From a virus (taxonomy: Duplodnaviria; Caudoviricetes), in IMG/VR virus record IMGVR_UViG_3300032290_000292, positions 1 through 29,441 of that record: 29,441 nucleotides of DNA; one strand, 5' to 3'. Below the pieces are notes generated by a model. That model was not told the DNA's origin, did no database searches, and was given only the letters and a program-made list of their open reading frames with translations. Below are positions 8,224-16,235 of this stretch, in pieces. The position numbers were made by a program, and so were the translations under genes. The first letter of the stretch is position 1; each line of letters starts with the position of its first letter.

Positions 8224-8265
8224 GCAGTGATCTTGATTGAGAAGCTGGAGGGGAAAGATGAGTGA
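8220..8265 (+). pseudogene. Collapsed remnant of a repeat-family gene
   Basis: 46 bp consisting of a start segment (14/16 nt match to 7484-7499), internal repeat (16 nt identical to 7589-7604) and junction repeat (21 nt identical to 7992-8012); reads MSSDLD-stop. Confidence 0.6.
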
Positions 8266-8572
8266 ACCAAATGAGGACGGAAATTACACGGAAGAGGAAT
8301 GGGACAATCTGCCTGTCGCATACAGAATGCGCCTATGTGCGTCGGGGCAGTATGAAGTTTACCCCAGTGATATAACTGATGCCGCCGACCGCATCGAAAA
8401 GCTGGAGGCGGCGCTGCGAAACATCGCGGAAGGGGATATTCCCCGCACAGTAAAAATCCCATTTCAAGACGACGGAAAGCCATCCAAACATGACCGCTGC
8501 GAGCACGGTCAATGGATGTACGAGGACTGCGGGTGCTGCATCGAAGACTACGCAAGAAAGGCACTTAAATGA
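8258..8572 (+). CDS. Small phage protein with AADRIEKLEAALRNI motif and Cys-rich C-terminus
   Basis: ATG within junction repeat with ggagggg RBS; CEHG...CGCC. Confidence 0.7.
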   Translation: MSEPNEDGNYTEEEWDNLPVAYRMRLCASGQYEVYPSDITDAADRIEKLEAALRNIAEGDIPRTVKIPFQDDGKPSKHDRCEHGQWMYEDCGCCIEDYARKALK

Positions 8573-8895
8573 GCATAGAGATCGCAGAGAGACTGGAAGA
8601 CATAGGGTATTGCAGTCCCGAGCACATAGCTGAAGGTGCTGAGTGCATCCGCAAGTTGTTGCAAGAAAAGGCTGACTTGACCGTTCTTGTAATAGAGAAC
8701 GCATGGCAAATTAAACGGTTGATGAAGGAAAACGACGAGATCGCGCAACATGCCTTGACTTTCACCACCCGCATCGCTGCTCTGGAAGAGGCCCTGCGCA
8801 AGATCATCGACCGCGCCGAGTACCGGATGGGCCACCATGTCACAGACGCAGTGTGCGCCATAGCAAGAGAAGCGCTGGAGTGGAAAGATGACTGA
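8569..8895 (+). CDS. Small coiled-coil phage protein (RIAALEEALRKII...AREALEWKDD)
   Basis: ATGA overlap; both repeats present. Confidence 0.7.
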   Translation: MSIEIAERLEDIGYCSPEHIAEGAECIRKLLQEKADLTVLVIENAWQIKRLMKENDEIAQHALTFTTRIAALEEALRKIIDRAEYRMGHHVTDAVCAIAREALEWKDD

Positions 8896-9163
8896 TGACA
8901 TGGGTTATGACCTTAAATTGCCGGATGTTGGCGAACTTACATTCCCACAATGGCGTGATTGGCTTGTTCGGTACAACAGATTTATCGGGGAACGAGACGC
9001 CCAATATGCAGCAGGATTAGGCGAGCGTGACCGTCGCATCAAGAAGCTAGAGGCGGCGCTGCGGGAGATCATCAACCTTGCTGAAGTAAAAGGAGAAGGT
9101 GCATACCTGCTTGGGTTCACATCAAGAGACATCGCTAAACAAGCACTGGAGGAAACCAAATGA
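8888..9163 (+). CDS. Small phage protein (RIKKLEAALREII...AKQALEETK)
   Basis: Start within junction repeat; both repeats present. Confidence 0.7.
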   Translation: MTDDMGYDLKLPDVGELTFPQWRDWLVRYNRFIGERDAQYAAGLGERDRRIKKLEAALREIINLAEVKGEGAYLLGFTSRDIAKQALEETK

Positions 9164-9285
9164 ACGAGATCCTAATCACCATCATACTTTTCTGCGCCAC
9201 TGTCGTCATTGCCTTCGGCTCCATATGCGCCATAATCTTCCTCTATGTCCTGCTTCGGGACTTCGTGTGCGAGGAGCTCTTATGA
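9160..9285 (+). CDS. 41-aa membrane protein (not in supplied ORF track)
   Basis: Manual translation MNEILITIILFCATVVIAFGSICAIIFLYVLLRDFVCEELL; ggagg RBS; ATGA overlaps at both ends. Confidence 0.7.
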   Translation: MNEILITIILFCATVVIAFGSICAIIFLYVLLRDFVCEELL

Positions 9286-9548
9286 GACCAGACCCCATCA
9301 TCAGGCACGGCTGGTACTGGTCCTTCGGATGGCTCCGGCGCCCGGAGTACGACCAGGACGATCTCTTTTGCTACGAGGAACCAGACGGCGAACTGTGGCT
9401 CGCCAGAAGCATGGCGATGTATCTGGACTGCCGCAGGTGCATGAAGACCGGGGAGCTTTATTGCTCGCCTTGCGTCATTCCAAAAAGGCCAATGAAATAT
9501 GATCCATCAGTTAAATCCCGCGCTGCCAGTCGAAACGCCAAAGGGTAA
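9282..9548 (+). CDS. Hypothetical protein (Trp/Cys-rich)
   Basis: gaggag RBS before ATG 9282; HGWYWSFGWLRRPE. Confidence 0.6.
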   Translation: MRPDPIIRHGWYWSFGWLRRPEYDQDDLFCYEEPDGELWLARSMAMYLDCRRCMKTGELYCSPCVIPKRPMKYDPSVKSRAASRNAKG

Positions 9549-9693
9549 AGCCCTCTGCGTCGCATGGATTGACTACGGCCCCGAGCATCATCTGATCTGG
9601 GTCTGCTTTCAGAACGACACCCGAGAGTGCTGGTGCTGGCCCAACCCCGACATCAGAGCCCAAACGAACCCAAGCATGGGGAGACCGCATTGA
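9499..9693 (+). CDS. Conserved phage hypothetical protein
   Basis: QLNP.LP..TPKG...IDYG.EH.L.W...ECW.W.N.DIR pattern common in environmental phages. Confidence 0.7.
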   Translation: MIHQLNPALPVETPKGKALCVAWIDYGPEHHLIWVCFQNDTRECWCWPNPDIRAQTNPSMGRPH

Positions 9694-10415
9694 TACACTT
9701 CATCTGGCTCACGCAGCCCGGCAGCAGGCCGTTTAGCTTCATCAACGCCCTGGCGGTGTTGGCGGCGGCGTCAAACCACCTCGACCCCATCATCATGTGG
9801 TGCAATGAGATCCCAAAAAACAACCCAAACTGGTACATGGTGAAGGACCTGTTTGAGGTGCGCCCGGTGGAGTTGCCGACCGAGATCGGCGGGGCGCCAT
9901 TGGAACAGATCCAGTACAAGGCCGACGTCCTGCGTCTCCAGATCCTCCAGAAGCTTGGCGGGATTTACCTCGACACCGACACGTTGCTGCTCAAGGGCCT
10001 GCACCCCCTGATGGACAAGGAGATGGTGCTGGCGCGTGAGAGTTCGGACTCGCTGGCCATGTCGCCGATCATCTGCAAGCCTGGCGCTGACTTCATCAAC
10101 GTCTGGCTACAGCGGATTCCGGCTGCGCTGGAGGTCGGGACGTGGGCCTACCACGCCGTAAATTTACCTGTGGAAATCTCCAAATATCACTACTGTGACA
10201 TAAGGCCGCAGGCTGAGTTTTTCCCTTTTGACCTCCGTCACAACTACCTTTTTGACGAGGGCCTAGCAGACGAGCACATGAAGCGCCTTGGCGATCCCTA
10301 TGCGCTCCATGTGTACGAGACCTACTGGGCAGGCTACCTGAACGGCGTGGATGAGACTTACATGAAGAAGCGCGACACGCTGTTTGCGAGGCTCTTCAGG
10401 GACCTCGTTTGTTGA
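9690..10415 (+). CDS. Glycosyltransferase with DXD sugar-binding motif (GT32/OCH1/alpha-1,4-GT-like)
   Basis: IHFIW start, KADVLRLQILQKLGGIYLDTD, YALHVY; TTG start overlapping upstream TGA with ggag RBS. Confidence 0.85.
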   Translation: MIHFIWLTQPGSRPFSFINALAVLAAASNHLDPIIMWCNEIPKNNPNWYMVKDLFEVRPVELPTEIGGAPLEQIQYKADVLRLQILQKLGGIYLDTDTLLLKGLHPLMDKEMVLARESSDSLAMSPIICKPGADFINVWLQRIPAALEVGTWAYHAVNLPVEISKYHYCDIRPQAEFFPFDLRHNYLFDEGLADEHMKRLGDPYALHVYETYWAGYLNGVDETYMKKRDTLFARLFRDLVC

Positions 10416-12378
10416 GGTATTCGTTCACGTCTACCTTCTTCCCAGCCTCTTCCGCGATCATTCTGTTGAGCTGCTGCCCGGCACGATAGGCCAGCTTGCC
10501 GCTTTGCTCGGTGGGGTTCCTGACGAAGTTCTCGTACCGGCGAGCCCAGTCTGCGAAGCCTTGCGCTGTCGCAGGTTTGCTCATGATTCGGGTGAAGACG
10601 TTTCCGCCAACAAGCGCAGCCAGCGTCTTTATCGGGTGCGTGACCCCAGCCTGAATAGAAAGGCCACCCAAAACGCTTTGACTCGTTCCTGACGGGTTTC
10701 CAAACTTGTTCAGGTTTTTGAACCGCTCAGACACTGTCGTCACGTCATTGAGCGCCTGAAGAAGCTTCGGCTCGTCCTTAAAGATCATCGCCTTCGCGCG
10801 CGGGCTTAGGGAGTTGATACCGCTGGGGCCAAGCCAGCGGGTGGGTGAGAAGTTGCCGTCAGCATCCCGCCCCATCTTGGCAAGAATCCCAGCCTGAAAG
10901 GCCTTCAGCTGCTCGGGCTCCATGACGGTGATGGCGCGCTGCACAAGCTTGTTGTTCGCTGACCCACCGTCCCTTGAAAAATTGAAAAGACGGTTGAAGA
11001 TCTGCTCGTCGCTGACCGCTTCTTCCTTCTTGCCGACGATCTTGGCAAGCTGCTCGCGCATCGCGGACATCTGCTGGTACTGGCGGTCGGCTTTCTTTAG
11101 GAAGAAGCGCGCGGGTTCGCCACCCGCTGCCTCGGCAATGTCGAGCACGTCATTTTTTAAGGCGTTGTAGAGTTTGTCCACATTGGCGTCCTTGACGCCC
11201 TTGATCATGTTCTCGGAACGAAGCTGCCGCAACTCGGTGTAGAGCGTCTTTGCGCCATCATAAGTCAGCCCCTCGCTGGATCGCACGGCTGGCATAAGAA
11301 GGTCAATCGCCGGAGTTGCGCCTTCAAGCTTCGCGCCTACGCGCTTCGCCATGATGTCAGCTATGGCGTTGCGAGTGTTATCAAGTTCCTTCGTAACGTT
11401 CGGGTTCTCAAAAAGCGTGGCGACTTCGTCGTAGGCAGCTTTGGCTTTCTCGCGAACACCGGAAGTCATCCAGTTCTTAATGCCCTCGCCAATCTTCCGG
11501 CCAGCGTCCTCCTTTGTCGTCGAAGGGATCAGAGCATCGACAGCGTCACCAAGTTGAGCGGTCGCCTTCTCACGGGCGGCCAGAACAGGTTCGCCAGCAA
11601 GCGGGACGCTCTCAGAGACCTTCGTGACGCGCTGAAGCGCCGGAGAATCGGTCACGGCATAGTATGGAAGATCGACGCCAAGCCGCTCAGCGGCCTGCAC
11701 AGAGCCGGGAACGACGGGCGCAGCAGCTTTCTCAGCGGGCGTAGCAAAGCGGCCCAGAGCGCCGCCAAGGATGCCGCCACCGATAGCGCCGCTCTTGGCA
11801 GCCGCGAGCCGCTCCTCAAGGGTGTTGCCCTCGCCGAAGCCCATAGCGCCGCCGTAGCCAGCGCCTTCGAGCGCGCCAAGCGCCGTTTTGCCTGCAAAAC
11901 CTGTAGCGCGGCCAGCAAGGCCCATGGGAAGCGCCAGAGCTGGCAGGAAGCCGCCGACCTGACCAGTCCTATAGGCACCTGGGTAGGCCTCCTTCGTGGC
12001 CTCCCTCATGCCTTCGCCAATGTCTTTCTCTTCGGCCATCGTGCGGCCACTGACCATTGAGCGGCCAATTGCGCCGATGTCCTCGCCGAACGGCAAGGTG
12101 GACATGACACCAGCGCCGATGGGGTCGGCCTTGGGCTTCATGACGCGCTCGGTGGCTCCTGTCGCAGCTCCGTCGGGGCCATAGACCGGCATCTCAATAT
12201 ATTCAGGCTCAGCGGCCTTCACGCGCTGCCTACCCTCTTCACGAAGCTGCTCGCGCGGGGACGGCTCAAGGCCAGACGTGTCGTAGCCGTTCGCCTTCAG
12301 CTTTGCGATGAGCTGGGTCTGCGTGATGTCGTCGGGGACACCTTGAATGACGGTTCCGTCGGGGAGCTGAACGTCCAT
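10396..12378 (-). CDS. Large virion ejection/internal protein (putative)
   Basis: MDVQLPDG start via TAATG overlap; Gly/Ala-rich segment then helical body, NPSGT motif; last gene of the structural block. Confidence 0.6.
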   Translation of the reverse strand: MDVQLPDGTVIQGVPDDITQTQLIAKLKANGYDTSGLEPSPREQLREEGRQRVKAAEPEYIEMPVYGPDGAATGATERVMKPKADPIGAGVMSTLPFGEDIGAIGRSMVSGRTMAEEKDIGEGMREATKEAYPGAYRTGQVGGFLPALALPMGLAGRATGFAGKTALGALEGAGYGGAMGFGEGNTLEERLAAAKSGAIGGGILGGALGRFATPAEKAAAPVVPGSVQAAERLGVDLPYYAVTDSPALQRVTKVSESVPLAGEPVLAAREKATAQLGDAVDALIPSTTKEDAGRKIGEGIKNWMTSGVREKAKAAYDEVATLFENPNVTKELDNTRNAIADIMAKRVGAKLEGATPAIDLLMPAVRSSEGLTYDGAKTLYTELRQLRSENMIKGVKDANVDKLYNALKNDVLDIAEAAGGEPARFFLKKADRQYQQMSAMREQLAKIVGKKEEAVSDEQIFNRLFNFSRDGGSANNKLVQRAITVMEPEQLKAFQAGILAKMGRDADGNFSPTRWLGPSGINSLSPRAKAMIFKDEPKLLQALNDVTTVSERFKNLNKFGNPSGTSQSVLGGLSIQAGVTHPIKTLAALVGGNVFTRIMSKPATAQGFADWARRYENFVRNPTEQSGKLAYRAGQQLNRMIAEEAGKKVDVNEYLNKRGP

Positions 12379-13658
12379 TATTTTTTCAAGCTCCCCCAAG
12401 GAACGATGTTGCTCGGCTGCGGCTGCTGGTCACCGCCGCGCTGGCGGATACGCTCAGGCTTCTCGATTGCAGCTTGAAGCTGCTTTCTGAAGCTCTTCAG
12501 TGTCTCAAGCCCAGTGCTGGGGTCGGCAGCATCAAGGCGGGGGAGGGTCAACTGAAGGATCCTGCGCTCGCCTTCGGTGATCGCGCCTTGTCCCTTCATT
12601 TTGATCTGCGCCTGAAGCAGCTCAAGCTCTTTCGCGGCAGCCTCAAAGTTCTGGCGCTCTATCTCGCTCTTGGTGCCAAGAACACCCTGAACCATGCGCG
12701 ATGGTCCGCTCGCAGAAGCCGGGCCGATTGCGCTGCCAAAGAAGCCGCTCTTGCTGAGGTTCTCATAAGCTTTCTCGGCTCGGTCAAGGATTGGGACGGC
12801 CGCCGCCATGTTGTCTGATGACGTCTGCGCGGTCGCCATCTCGGCGGCAACCTTTGCGCCATAGGCTTCTTTGTACTTTTTAACCGCTTCAGGTCCAGCA
12901 GCTCGAACTTCAGCAGGAATGGACAGGCTCTCGGCTTTCGCAGCCGCCTCATCAATGCCAGCCGCTTTGCGATCAACAGGCTTGACCGTGCCACGGGTGC
13001 CGACCAGAACGGGCTTGTCGTCTATGGTCTCAAGTTTGAACGATTCAGCGCCTTTGCCGGTTTCAGACTCTTGCTGCGCCTTCATGAGGGCGAGCGTATC
13101 GGAGATGGAAGGCTGGCCTGTCCCAGCCATCTCCATGCCGAGCTTCTGCCGGGCAAGCTGAAGCTGCTGAAGCTGTTGAGCACGGGTGCGCTGCTTTTCC
13201 GCCTCCTTTGAGAGAGGGCCAGCCATGGCAGTTCCAAGGTTGCCAAGCGTTTCGCCAAGGCCACCGCTGCGAGTGGTTTGACCAAGGGCGCCAGCGGCCT
13301 GGAAAAGCAAAGAAGCCCTATCGTAGTCGCTCATGCCCTGCTGGCCGAGCGCAGCCTCCTGCCTCTGGAGAGACGCAAGATATTCTTGTTGCGCTCTCTG
13401 GCGCTCCTGAGCCTGTTGCTGAGCGGCGGCATAAAGCTGCGCATAGCCCCCGCCGAGCCCATAAGGATTCGCGGAAAGGGGGCCAGCGGCTACGGGCGCA
13501 GAGGCGGGAGCCGCGCCCTGAGACAGAGGGCCAGCAGGCATGCCGGGGACGCCACCCATGCCACTTCTGACAGAGTTCGCTTGGATCTGCGCTCTCTGTT
13601 GAGGCGTTAATGGGTAAGTTCCGCCTTCACCATCGACGACGTCGTTAATATCGCTCAT
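12378..13658 (-). CDS. Putative ejection/internal virion protein
   Basis: Gln/Ala-rich helical; KGQGAITEGER motif seen in podovirus DNA-transfer proteins. Confidence 0.6.
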   Translation of the reverse strand: MSDINDVVDGEGGTYPLTPQQRAQIQANSVRSGMGGVPGMPAGPLSQGAAPASAPVAAGPLSANPYGLGGGYAQLYAAAQQQAQERQRAQQEYLASLQRQEAALGQQGMSDYDRASLLFQAAGALGQTTRSGGLGETLGNLGTAMAGPLSKEAEKQRTRAQQLQQLQLARQKLGMEMAGTGQPSISDTLALMKAQQESETGKGAESFKLETIDDKPVLVGTRGTVKPVDRKAAGIDEAAAKAESLSIPAEVRAAGPEAVKKYKEAYGAKVAAEMATAQTSSDNMAAAVPILDRAEKAYENLSKSGFFGSAIGPASASGPSRMVQGVLGTKSEIERQNFEAAAKELELLQAQIKMKGQGAITEGERRILQLTLPRLDAADPSTGLETLKSFRKQLQAAIEKPERIRQRGGDQQPQPSNIVPWGSLKK

Positions 13659-13661
13659 GTC

Positions 13662-14663
13662 TTAACTCGTCTTTCCGCCCAAGAGGTTGCTAAGAGCCGC
13701 CGCGCTAAGGCCAGCACTGGCAAGCGAGGCGAGCGGCGATGCGGAGTAGGTGTTGCCCAAAGAGGATGTCGCCTGAGATGCAGTGCCGCCACCAGACGGC
13801 AGGCCGCGCACAATGTTGCTGAGGAAGCCAAGCTGCTGCTGGGGATAATCTCTCTGCGCTATGAAGTCTTGATATGCCAGATCAAGGTTCTTTTGGTTCA
13901 ATGCCTGTTGTTGGGCGCCAACGGCCTCCTGAGCCGCCGCGCCCGTCAGACCGAGCGCCTGCTCTTTCTGCCCCAGGCCAGCCTGTACGCCAGCCAGAGC
14001 GGCCTTATTGACCTCTTCTGTGCCAGTAAGCTGCCCTGCGGCCTGCCCGATCGACGCAAGACGTTGAAGGTCTTGCTGAGCCTGCGTCCCGGCTGTGGTG
14101 TACCCAGCAGCCAGTTGCTTGCCAATATTGGCCTCAAGGTCGCTGGCAATGTCGCGAACACCGCGCTGGGCAATCTCTTGCTGGCGGCTTGATCCATATT
14201 GACCAGCGCGTATGAACTGATCGCCAATTGTCGGAAGAATTTTCTCCGTCAACTGGCGCTCGGCCTCGGTCCCCATCGCTTCAATAACATTCTTCTGATA
14301 GGGGTTCATATAATTCTGAATTGTGCTCGGCAGCGTCTGGCCAGCCTGACTGAAGTACGGTTGAGCAGCGCCTATGGTGCTAAGACCGCCAGCCTGCGCC
14401 GCAGTCTGCTCAGCAGCAGCCAACTGAGGCTTATAGGCCGTTGCGGCTTGCTGTGATGCCTGAAACGCCGCCTGTTGAGGGTCTGTGAACCCAGCAATCC
14501 GAGGGCCGCCGTAGGGCTGATATTCTTGCTGGGCGGCGCTATAGGCCCCGGACATGAGGTTGTAGAGGTAGTCCGACAGATACTGCGGAACCTGCGAAGT
14601 CGTCAGCGAGGAACTTGTAGAGGGGAGGGGTTGCCCCTGCGTGAGGAAGTTCAGGAATGCCAT
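13662..14663 (-). CDS. Putative DNA transfer/ejection protein
   Basis: YQPYGGPRIAGFT, YMNPY, YQDF..QRDYP.QQL motifs; Gln/Ala/Gly-rich. Confidence 0.65.
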   Translation of the reverse strand: MAFLNFLTQGQPLPSTSSSLTTSQVPQYLSDYLYNLMSGAYSAAQQEYQPYGGPRIAGFTDPQQAAFQASQQAATAYKPQLAAAEQTAAQAGGLSTIGAAQPYFSQAGQTLPSTIQNYMNPYQKNVIEAMGTEAERQLTEKILPTIGDQFIRAGQYGSSRQQEIAQRGVRDIASDLEANIGKQLAAGYTTAGTQAQQDLQRLASIGQAAGQLTGTEEVNKAALAGVQAGLGQKEQALGLTGAAAQEAVGAQQQALNQKNLDLAYQDFIAQRDYPQQQLGFLSNIVRGLPSGGGTASQATSSLGNTYSASPLASLASAGLSAAALSNLLGGKTS

Positions 14664-16006
14664 TATGCTCTCCCACCCATCAAATACTGCTCAGGCGCCC
14701 GGGCATCGGGGCTGAACTTGCCCTGCGCCAGAGCCTTGCCTTTCTGCTTGCGGATATTAGCACGAAATTGATCAAGACGCTGAGCCCCTGCTTTGGAAGA
14801 CCCGTCGCCGAGAAGAGCGACCGTCTCGGCGTCGATCACATATTCGCCGTCCGAGAGTTTGGCGTCGATGCTGTCCGAACGCCCGGTGCCTCCACCCTGC
14901 ACATAATGACTTAGGGGGCCACCATGTGCCGCCTGAACAGGCGGGTACTCGCCAACATCTTCATAGAAGCGCTGCTCCTTTGCCTGCGGCCTCATACCAT
15001 AGTTGTAATAATCAATCGGGCCAGAGAGGCGGGTGCGGTCGAGAGGGGTCGTGTCCAAACGCTTGGTCATGTTTGGGTCGGTCGAAGTGGGCGTGCCGGG
15101 TGCGATGGTCGGCATTTGCTGGGATCCGCCACCACCAAGCGCCATGGCGCCGAGGATACCGGCAGGGATGAGCACACTTGGTTTGGTGAGAGTGGACAGG
15201 AATCCACTTGATCCTTGCGCAGCAGGTTGAGCCCAACTGGATCCCTCTGTGCCACCCAACCCGGCCAATTCGGATCCAGTCGGCCTTGGCGTTGGCATGG
15301 GTACACCAACCTCTGGCCCTGCTTGATGAGGCGCAGGTGTATCGCCGCCGCCAAGCCAGCTCGGGAGCACACTCTCGCCTGTCGAACTAGTCGTCCCAGA
15401 ACCAAACAAGCCGGTGGAGCCAGTAATTGCGTTCATCGCAACAGGTGCTGCGCCACCAAGAACACCTCCAATCAGTGCACCTTTTGGGCCACCTGTGACA
15501 GCGCCTGTAAGAGCTCCTAAACCCGCACCAGTAGCCACATTCGCCGCATTAGCGCCAAGGAATGTAGCGCCAGCTTCAAGACCTAATGCCCCGCCAACAA
15601 CAGGGGCGAGAAATGGCGCCGCAACAGCACTAGCAAGCGCCGCCACAGGCGCGAACCAAGACTGCTTCCAGAACGGTGTGAACTGAGGCAATCCAGTGTG
15701 GGGATTGATCGTCGGCTCGCCCCACTCTTCGCAAAGTTTTTTGTACTCGTCCTTGTTGATGTGGATGACCATGGTGTCGCCGCCGACGCCAGCGTCGCGG
15801 ACGTTCTTCGCCTGCTGCGCCAGGCCACCCTTAGCCATCTTCTCGACGTGCTCTTTGGGCATCTTGATCTCAAAGGGCATACAACCGGCCCTGCCGCCCT
15901 TGGCGAACATGCTCATGGGACTGCCCTGCCAGGACGCATCGGCGGCGTCGTTAGCAAGAGGGTTCCAGTCGGCGGGGTAATCGGGGTAATGAATCATCTC
16001 AGCCAC
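14663..16006 (-). CDS. Putative internal virion/ejection protein with hydrophobic Gly-Ala segments
   Basis: GGDTMVIHIN, TINPHTGLPQF, GTGRSDSIDAKLSDGEYVIDA motifs; repeated (M/F)AKGG. Confidence 0.65.
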   Translation of the reverse strand: MAEMIHYPDYPADWNPLANDAADASWQGSPMSMFAKGGRAGCMPFEIKMPKEHVEKMAKGGLAQQAKNVRDAGVGGDTMVIHINKDEYKKLCEEWGEPTINPHTGLPQFTPFWKQSWFAPVAALASAVAAPFLAPVVGGALGLEAGATFLGANAANVATGAGLGALTGAVTGGPKGALIGGVLGGAAPVAMNAITGSTGLFGSGTTSSTGESVLPSWLGGGDTPAPHQAGPEVGVPMPTPRPTGSELAGLGGTEGSSWAQPAAQGSSGFLSTLTKPSVLIPAGILGAMALGGGGSQQMPTIAPGTPTSTDPNMTKRLDTTPLDRTRLSGPIDYYNYGMRPQAKEQRFYEDVGEYPPVQAAHGGPLSHYVQGGGTGRSDSIDAKLSDGEYVIDAETVALLGDGSSKAGAQRLDQFRANIRKQKGKALAQGKFSPDARAPEQYLMGGRA

Positions 16007-16235
16007 CGGGTAGGTTTACAGCGCGGGTGAAGGCGAAAGCCCATTCTTGCCAGTCATTGTATTCCATGGGGTTCGGGGGATTCTGCGCTCCAACTGTAAA
16101 GAAGGAAACCACACCCAAAGCCCAAGTCTGCCACTTGTCTGGGTCGTCCAGACGTCCAATCGTCCCGTATTTCTCAAGACTATAGACCATTGAATCGGTC
16201 CAGTCAGTAACCGTCATGTGGCGAGGGTCGATCAT
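15999..16235 (-). CDS. Small Trp-rich virion-region protein
   Basis: Coupled overlaps both sides; WQTWA and WQEWA. Confidence 0.65.
   Translation of the reverse strand: MIDPRHMTVTDWTDSMVYSLEKYGTIGRLDDPDKWQTWALGVVSFFTVGAQNPPNPMEYNDWQEWAFAFTRAVNLPGG

Larger units (their letters stand above)
7577..9073 (+). repeat. Dispersed internal repeat (gccgcc)gaccgcatcgagaagctggaggcggcgctgcg encoding ADRIEKLEAALR
   Basis: Copies at 7577-7609, 7866-7890, 8236-8251 (partial), 8381-8418, 8769-8808 (diverged), 9035-9073. Confidence 0.85.
7980..9163 (+). repeat. Gene-junction repeat gcaagagaagcactggaggggaaagATGAgtga (C-terminus, RBS and next start)
   Basis: 7980-8012 and 8863-8895 match at 30/33 nt; 8245-8265 identical to 7992-8012; diverged copies 8552-8572 and 9141-9163. 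Confidence 0.85.

Noticed and set aside
7577-9163. CRISPR array or integron attC cassette array
   Set aside because: Repeats are in-frame coding, degenerate, irregularly spaced and non-palindromic; no integrase is present
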